Source: the human T2T-CHM13v2.0 reference genome, Homo sapiens
Assembly (NCBI RefSeq): GCF_009914755.1
Contig: NC_060941.1
Length of the DNA: 64,000 nt
Reading direction: 5' to 3' (one strand)
Within the stretch, counting starts at the first letter, position 1. Each line of letters starts with the position of its first letter. The position numbers and the translations under genes were made by a program. Below the pieces are notes generated by a model that was given only the letters and a program-made list of their open reading frames with translations, was not told the DNA's origin and did not search any database. Below are positions 56,717 to 64,000 of this stretch, one piece after another.

Positions 56717-57372
56717 ATTTTTTTTTTTTTAATTTTACTTTAAGGTCCAGGATACATGTGCGGAATGTGCAGGTTTGTAACATAGGTATACATGTGTCAT
56801 GGTGGTTTGCTGTACCTATCAACCTATCATCTAAGTTTTAAGTCCCTCGTGCATTAGGTATTTGTCCTAATGCTCTCCCTTCCCTTGCCCCCTACTACCC
56901 GCTGACAGGCCCCAGTGTGTGATGTTCCCCTCCCTGTGTCCATGTGTTCTCATTGTTCAACTCCCACTTATGAGTGAGAACATGTGGTGTTTGGTTTTCT
57001 GTTCCTGTGTTATTTTGCTGAGAATGATGGTTTCCAGCTTCATCCATGTCCTTGTAAAGGACACGATCTCATTCCTTTTTGTGGCTGCATAGTATTCCAT
57101 GGTGTATATGTGCCACATTTTCTTTATCCAGTCTATCATTGATGGGCATTTGGGTTCGTTCCAAGTCTTTACTATTGTAAATAGTGCTGCAATAAATATA
57201 CGTGTGGATATGTCTTTATAGTAGAATGACTTGTAATCCTTTGGGTATATACCCAGTAATGAGATTGCTGGGTTAAATGGTATTTCTGGTTCTAGATCCT
57301 TGAGGAATCACCACACTGTCTTCCACAATGGTTGAACTAATTTGCACTCCCATCAACAGTGTAAAAGTGTTA
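56717..57372 (-). mobile_element. L1PA 3' fragment
   Basis: Antisense L1 3'UTR and ORF2 end; ORF-track peptide DWIKKMWHIYTMEYYAATKRNE. Confidence 0.92.
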
Positions 57373-57420
57373 AAAGGTATGCTTAAGCAGGTAGTGAACG
57401 CTCTCATGAGTGCACACCCA

Positions 57421-57605
57421 CAGGAGCAACTGCAGAACCTGTAGGGCCCATTGCAAAATGTAAATGCTGCGCCCCTTGTTTAAAAATAATTAAGAATTTC
57501 AAAGTGCAGGCAGCAAAGCATTATACCCAGCATGGGCCTTAGTGCAGGGCCTTAGTGCAGGGCCCAGAGTGACTGTGCAGGTCGCGGCCCATGAAGCTGG
57601 TCTTG
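57421..57605 (-). mobile_element. MER45A-like hAT-Tip100 MITE (with 13-bp tandem GGGCCTTAGTGCA x2)
   Basis: GGGCCCATTGCAAAATG...TAAGAATTTCAA...GCAGGTCGCGGCCCATGAAGCTGG. Confidence 0.75.
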
Positions 57606-60600
57606 TATGGGGGCAAGTTTTCTATTTGTATGTGTATATGTGTATGCTGATTGTGTGACTGCTGTGTTGGTGTGTGTGTGTGTGATGTGTGCGGTGGTGT
57701 TTCTTGTGTGAATATTGAGCATCTGTATGTGTGGGCTGTTTGTGAGGTGGGACAGCTCTTGTGAGTGTGAGTGTTCTTGGGCACGAAATCTGAACCCTTT
57801 CCTCACCACCCCAAGGACAGACTCCCTTAGCAGCTGCCTATGCCTGCCACCGATGCCTATCAAAGGAGAAGTGTGTTTTATTTTTGGCGCCCTTGCCGCC
57901 TATTCCCATGGTGCCCTGGGAGGCTTTTGTTTGACTGCCTTTGTTGGAAGGGTGACAAACACTTCCCTCCACCTGCTGCCATGGTGGCCCCACCAGAAAC
58001 CACAGCTGGGGGTGGAGCAGCTTCCTCAGCCCCTCACACACTTGCCCTGCACCTCGTGCAAGCATCAACATGCCCAGAGCCCTACCCCGCTGAGCACTGG
58101 CCTCCCAGACTCTGCCCAGACAAGGCACCCATAGCAAGTCAGAGCTGGAGGCGATGGGTAGAAATGATTTGGTCCAGCAACCTCATTGTACAGCTGGGGA
58201 GCTGGAGGCCCAGAAAAGGGAGGTGACCTGCCCATATTGCCCAGTGACTAGTCTGTGGCAAAGCCATCTCAGCCCTCTCAGTCATCTGCAGGGCTAGCCC
58301 ATGGAGGAAGCCTAGGTAAGAAGCAGGGCCTAGAGGGGAGAAGCAGGGACAAGGTACTGTGGAGCAGCAAAGACCTGGTTATTGCCCAGCTGTGGGGGTC
58401 ACAGCCCCTGGCAGGTGGGGGCTGTGTCTTTGTTATTTGATTCTCCCTTCTCCCAGGTCAGAGCTCTGTGTCTGGCAGGGTTTGAAAGATGTTGGCTGGA
58501 CACAGCACAGTGCCTGGCACTCAGTAGGGGCTCCAGAAATATTTGGTATTAAACAGCTGTTTAGTTGAACGGTGAAGTAGGGTGACTAAAGCAAGAAATT
58601 TGGAGGCAGCTAGAACTGGTTGAAATCACTTAGTAGCTGTGTGACATTGATAAAGTTACTTAACCTCTCTGAGCCTAAGTTTCCTCATTTATTAAATGAG
58701 ACTCTAGTAGAGTTGTTGTGGGGATTAAATGAGATAAGATACTGATGCTTAATACAGTGTATAGTACGTAACAAAATCTTAATAAAGTTGCTAGCTGTGT
58801 CACCACAGGTAAGTTACATGAGCTCTCTAAACCTGTTTCCTTCTCTGTTGTCATAAGAATTCAATGAAAGGTTGTATAGCTAGCCTAGTCCTTGGTGCAT
58901 CACGGGCACTTAGTAAATGTTAGCCTGTCTCCCGCCTAGGTTCATTACCCCTCCACCTCTTCAACGTCTCTTTCCTCTGCCCCCCAGCCTCTGTGATCGC
59001 TGCCATCCCTTCCATGGCATCTCATCTCTCATACCTTCTGTCTCCCAGCCTCTGACACTCCCAGCAACAAAAGCTCACAAGGTCTTTCGGTCCATGGTTT
59101 CCTCAGGGTTCGGCTCTGATGAGCATGGGTGGGAGGGGGGCAACTGAGAAGGAGGCTGAGGACAGGACAGGTGTAGTCCTTGGACGAAAATCCCAGTTCT
59201 GCTTTTGACAAAGGATTTAAGGATTCCGGCGTGTCTAGCCCTGTGTCTTGCCCTGGAGAACAAAGGCAGAGGGATGTCTTCCTGAACAGCCCAGGCACAA
59301 AGCTGCCACCATTCTTCCCATTCCCTTCCTCCTGATTTCCAAGTCCAGAGGTTGTCAATAGCACTCTCAGCAGCTGAGCTTCCCTGAAATCGGGGTGTGT
59401 GGAGGAGGGCAGGTGGCAGGTAAGAGATACTAGTGCAAGCAAGAGGGCGTGTCCAGAGAGTCAGTTGTAGGAGAAGTCTCTGGAGCTTCGGGGCAGGAGG
59501 CAGAGCTGGCTCCCACATAGGTGACCCCCTAGCACCGGCTTCACCATAGGCCTGGGCCAGGCCACAGAAAACACCCTCTGGGCCTGGGAAGCAGATTGAG
59601 CCATTCAGTCTTTACACGTGGTCAGGTTTCTGCTTCAGTCACTTGAGTGCAGTTTCATAAACCAAATGAGATCAATGAGCTTGTCCTTTCCAGGCCTCTT
59701 TTTAAACATTGGGAAATGGTTTGGGGGCATCTCATCTGCTGCATCTGCTGTGCTTCCCAATGTCAGATATTATTTACTTGGAGCAAATATAAACTATTCT
59801 GTCCTAAATAAACTCTGACACAGGAACAAGAGGACTTCAGGGCAAGAACCATCTCCTTACCTTCCCTCTTGCTAGTGGGCACGGATATGTGACCTGGAGA
59901 CCTATTGCATCATGCAGGAACTGAGCCAGTCCAGAGCTGGCCAAGCCTGTGCGGAGATGTTTATTTACCCAGAGATGAGAACCTGGAGGCCACACTATGT
60001 GGTGGTTACTGTACCACGTAGGACAGCCCAGCTAGCGAAGTCCCTGGGGTTAGTGAACAACACACAAAAATAAGGTTATATCCATCCTCAAAGTGAATAT
60101 GGGCAGGAGAGAATCTGACAGCGGCAGAGGAGTCTGAATTGGGTCATGCACAGACACAAAGAGAGGAGCCCGTGGGGAATACACATCCTGGCGTTTCTGA
60201 TTTCGCACGAGATCAGCTGAGATTCGCTTAGTCTGGAGCAGCTCTCCACAGAAAAGGGCCTGGGGAGCTTTTTCTGCACACAGACTCCTGTCTGTGTCTC
60301 TGCCTGGGCCCAAGAGAAGTGAAGGAACAGAGGGGGTGGCTGCTGGAGGAGTTGGGACTTCTCAGACAGCTGCTCCCGTGGGTTGGAGTGCTAGGAGGGC
60401 TTGCTTTTCTGAAGCCTGATAGGGTTGCTCTTTTGAGTTGAGGGAGAGGCCCCCCCCCAACCTTTTTTATTCTCCTTGGAGTTTCTCTAGGGTCTCAGAC
60501 CAGAGACACATGACCGATTCTAACCATCTTCTCTGCAAAGAAGGCCATGGGCCCACCTGTCTCTAAGACTAATAGAGCCCCCTTCTCCTCACCTGAGATT

Positions 60601-60617
60601 GGGAGACCTGGGGAGGC

Positions 60618-60621
<4 letters not shown>

Positions 60622-60665
<44 letters not shown>
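60622..60665. repeat. (TG)n microsatellite
   Basis: Read directly. Confidence 0.97.
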
Positions 60666-60666
<1 letters not shown>

Positions 60667-62429
60667 ACATGCATGTGTGTGCATGCAGGATGGGACATCT
60701 AACTACCCACTGAAGATTTGCTTCAAGTCCCGCCCCCAGTGTATATTCCCTAAAACCCATTCCTGCCCCATCTTCCCCCTGCCTTTCCCCCATCTCCTTT
60801 GCCTTAATTCCCCCCACAATCCCTTTAGGTCTGTTTCTTTTCCTCCAACTGTTCACCCTCAACAAAGACATGTAACTGAGAACCATTCCCAGAGAAGACG
60901 GCCCATCTTCCTTTCTTAAAAAGATCAGTTGCCTGATTTCCTTTGGGACCGCTGCCATATTTCTTTTATATTTCATTCATTCTCCAGACTCAGTGATAAG
61001 GACAGGAACTATTTAAAGGGGAGAAGGGAGGTTCTCCTTAAGGACCTAATCAAAGGACAAGATGAACGGTGCCTGCCGGAGAGAACGAGACAGCGTGGGA
61101 TGAGGGCGGGTGCCACGGTGGATGTGCAGGGATGTTCCCGTGAGCCCAGCAGGGTCTGGTGGGAAGAGCTCTGGTTAGGAGCCCAGGGAACTAGGTTAAA
61201 GTTCCAGCATTGCAAAGACCTCCCAAGAGACCTCAGGCTAGTTGCTTCCCTCTCAGAGCACGAGTTGACTCACCATGCAATGGATGGAAAGGCCAGATTC
61301 ACTCATCTCTAAATTGCCTTCCAGCTTGAATTATAAATTCTGTGGGGATGGAAATGGGCTAAGGAATTGAATTTGGTTTCCTTGTGGTTAGCAACTTTTT
61401 TTTTTAAGTTACCGTTTCTTAAACATCTCCTAAAGATTACCAACAACACATATGTAAGTTTTTCTAAGCATTTTACATATATGGATTCGTTGCCTTCCAC
61501 AACAATCCTAGGACATAGGTACCATTAGTATCCCCATTATACAGATTAAGAAACTGAGGTACAGGGAGGCTAAGTAACCAGCCCAGGCAGTGGAGCCGGG
61601 GTTCAAACCAGGCAGTCTGGCTGCAAAGTCCCTCTTCCTCACCACCACACTCAACATTCCAGGCACTGTGCTAACTGTTTACACAAATCCTCTCCATTTT
61701 GCAGTTGAGAAACCCAAGACTCAGACCAGTTGGGCAACAGCTGAAGGTCACATAGCTGGGAAGCAGTAGAGATGAGATTCAAAGTCGGCAGAGCTCCAGA
61801 GTCTCTGCTCTCCCCCACACCCTCCTGCAACCCTGCCAGACGCTCAGGCTTCCAAAGCAAGTTTAACCAATATCCCTGCATTGCCACGCCTCTTCAGGCA
61901 AGTCAGCTTCTCCCCGCTGGGCCTCAGTTTCACCATCTAGAAAATGACTGGGGGATTGGCCCAGCTGATCTTTGAGGTCCCTTGGAGCTCTGTGAGTCTG
62001 TGATGAGAAAGGTGTGGTGCTTCTAGCTGAAAGGGAAGACCTGTGGCCTGGGAATACCTTGGGCTTGGCTTGGGGTTGCAGCCAGCAAGGATGAGGGAGA
62101 TGAGGGCCTGGGGATGAAATGAAAAGGAAATTTCAGGTGACTGGAGAAGGCTTATTGGCTGTGAACCTGGGAAGAGGGTTCAGATGTATGAAGCAGGTAA
62201 GAAAAGAAGAGAGAAGCCCTGGGTGGGCCTCCCAGGGGGCCTTTTCCTTCTTCCCAGGGGTCACCCCAAGCTCAAGATGGGCACATGAGAGCCTCGGGCA
62301 AGGGAGCAGGGATCAGGCCAGCACTGAACCGAGGTCAGAACTTCTGAGACACAGCAGTTCGAGGGAATTGACATTGCTGGGGGTTTTGTTTTCTCTGTAA
62401 ATATTTGGAGATGTCCAGTTATTCTAGAA

Positions 62430-62900
62430 AAATGTATCTGCAGCTGAGGGGGCGCATTTGTGCGGCTGGCCTGGCTGCCTTTTGCATGACTGCTCTGTTA
62501 CATTCTTCCCCTTCAGGAACCGAGGGTTGTTTTCCCATCTGTAACCTCATTAGGATGTCCACACCAGCGGGCTCCACACGCACATGCGCTCCGGCAGGTT
62601 CCCCTCGGGGACACACACGCACACTGGCATTGCCCCCTGGCCACACGCTCACGCACACAGTCGCAGCTGTGCCTTTTAATATTTAATGCCATTGCTGCAA
62701 ACGCCGCTCCACGCTGACTGCATCCGTGCCAGGCTCATTCCTCTCAGGGCGCCAATTCCCGGCTTGGAGACCAGCTGACAAATCTTGTTAAAAACCTTCC
62801 AGCCCAGTGCATCTCTCGGAGGAGGGTAATGTCACGTGCTTGCGAGATGAGCGAATGGGTGTCATTACCAGGCAGCTCCATTTTCAACGAGGCTCTTTCC
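62430..62900. promoter_or_regulatory. CpG-enriched unique segment with convergent CTCF-like cores and an E-box
   Basis: AGGGGGCGC (+, ~62447), CCAGGGGGCA (-, 62631-62640), GTCACGTG 62831-62838. Confidence 0.45.
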
Positions 62901-63156
62901 ACTTGGGGAAATGGATGGAATCACCTATTGCGTGAGTGCCTCAGCCCTCCCTCTAGCTCCCCACGGCCCAGAGCTATTGCAGCTCTGGGTCCTTCAGACC
63001 CCTCTTGACGCATTGTAGGTTGGACTGACCTGCTCTCTGGCTTGCAGAAGTCACGGCTCTGGGTGGCACCAAGGCACGAAATGACACGGACACCTGGCCT
63101 GTGTGGGGGCCTTTGTCTGTCCCTCTCTCCCTGCTCCTCCACAGTCAGTATCCACA

Positions 63157-63566
63157 CTATGGTTTGAATGTATGTATCTTTCCGACATTCATATGGTTGG
63201 AACATAAACCCCAAGGCAATGGTATGAGAAGTTGGGGGGGGCCTTTGGGAGTTGATTAGGTCATGAAGGCTCCACCCTTGTGAACGGGATTAATGCCCTT
63301 ATAGCAATAAAAGAGCAGGAGGGAACTAGTTAGGCTCATTGTGATCTTCCACTCTTCTACCACATGAGGACACAGTGTTTGTCCCCTCCAGAGGGCATGG
63401 CAAGGCCCCATCTCGGAAGCAGAGAGAGTCCACACCAGACACTGAATCTGTTGGCGTCTTGATCTTGGACTTCCAATCCTCTAAAACTGTGAGAAATACA
63501 TTTCTATGGTTTGTAAATTACTCCATCGGTGGCATTTTGTTGTACCAGCAGGAAGGGACTATGACA
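63157..63566 (+). mobile_element. MaLR LTR (MSTD/MLT1A-like)
   Basis: CTATGGTTTGAATG...GGGCCTTTGGGAGTTGATTAGGTCATG...TTGATCTTGGACTTCC...AACTGTGAGAAATA. Confidence 0.8.
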
Positions 63567-64000
63567 TACACCACGGAGGCCACTGCTGCTACAGTGGCTA
63601 GCAGAGAGGATCATGGGTGGTTCCAGCTCTCATGCCAGCAAAGGGTCTCATCCCTGACCCCTAGTCCAGTATGCTGTGGTCTCCAAGCCCACAGAAAGGC
63701 CCTCCCTCCAAACCCCAGCTTTCAGAGTCTAAGGGGCTGACAAAAGGTTAAGGGCTCTAGTTCTGGTCTGAGCTGGGACAGGTGAGCAGGCTACTGTGCA
63801 AGAGCTGCTAAATGCAGAGTCCCCAGGTATCGAGGTTACCCGGAAAAGTTGGCCTTCCCAAAGCTGCAGTAGGATCAGCATGTCCGGTTCAGTGCTGACT
63901 GTGCAGGCTTGGGGCCTATCCCTTGAACTCTGGAAGGGTATTTGCAAGATGGACCTCCTGTCCTCATCTTCCTTCTACCTTTCAGCCTCTTGGTCCTGTG

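Noticed and set aside
56957-57139. ORF resembling the L1 ORF2 C-terminus
   Set aside because: It is part of a 5'-truncated dead L1PA, not a gene.
63290-64000. CCR7 3'UTR expected from synteny
   Set aside because: No recognisable CCR7 sequence; the region is a MaLR LTR plus unique DNA.

Overview
This is human genomic DNA (Alu/MIR/L2/L1/MaLR-rich), identified as the 5' end of TNS4 (tensin-4/CTEN, minus strand) plus about 53 kb of upstream intergenic DNA. From recalled synteny (17q21.2) that DNA runs toward CCR7, but no CCR7 sequence is recognisable here. The only supportable coding sequence is TNS4 exon 2 (ATG at 5947, donor after 5509). Non-coding exon 1 (about 11056-11145) and the promoter are also visible. 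The rest is interspersed repeats, microsatellites and candidate enhancers. The most unusual item is a non-repeat 144-bp inverted duplication (21595-21738 / 22954-23097, 11 mismatches, no gaps) whose identical core is a branch point + polypyrimidine + CAG splice acceptor. Other notable items are an in-frame uORF in the TNS4 5'UTR, an intact HERV-E LTR2 solo LTR next to a CTCF/TATA module in intron 1, a perfect NF-kB site abutting a four-G5-run quadruplex motif, an ETS-RUNX-TCF composite site heading a candidate plus-strand spliced lncRNA, and a short templated insertion. I found no tRNA, rRNA, CRISPR array or prokaryotic-type system. Repeat subfamily names come from recognition by eye, not from a RepeatMasker run.
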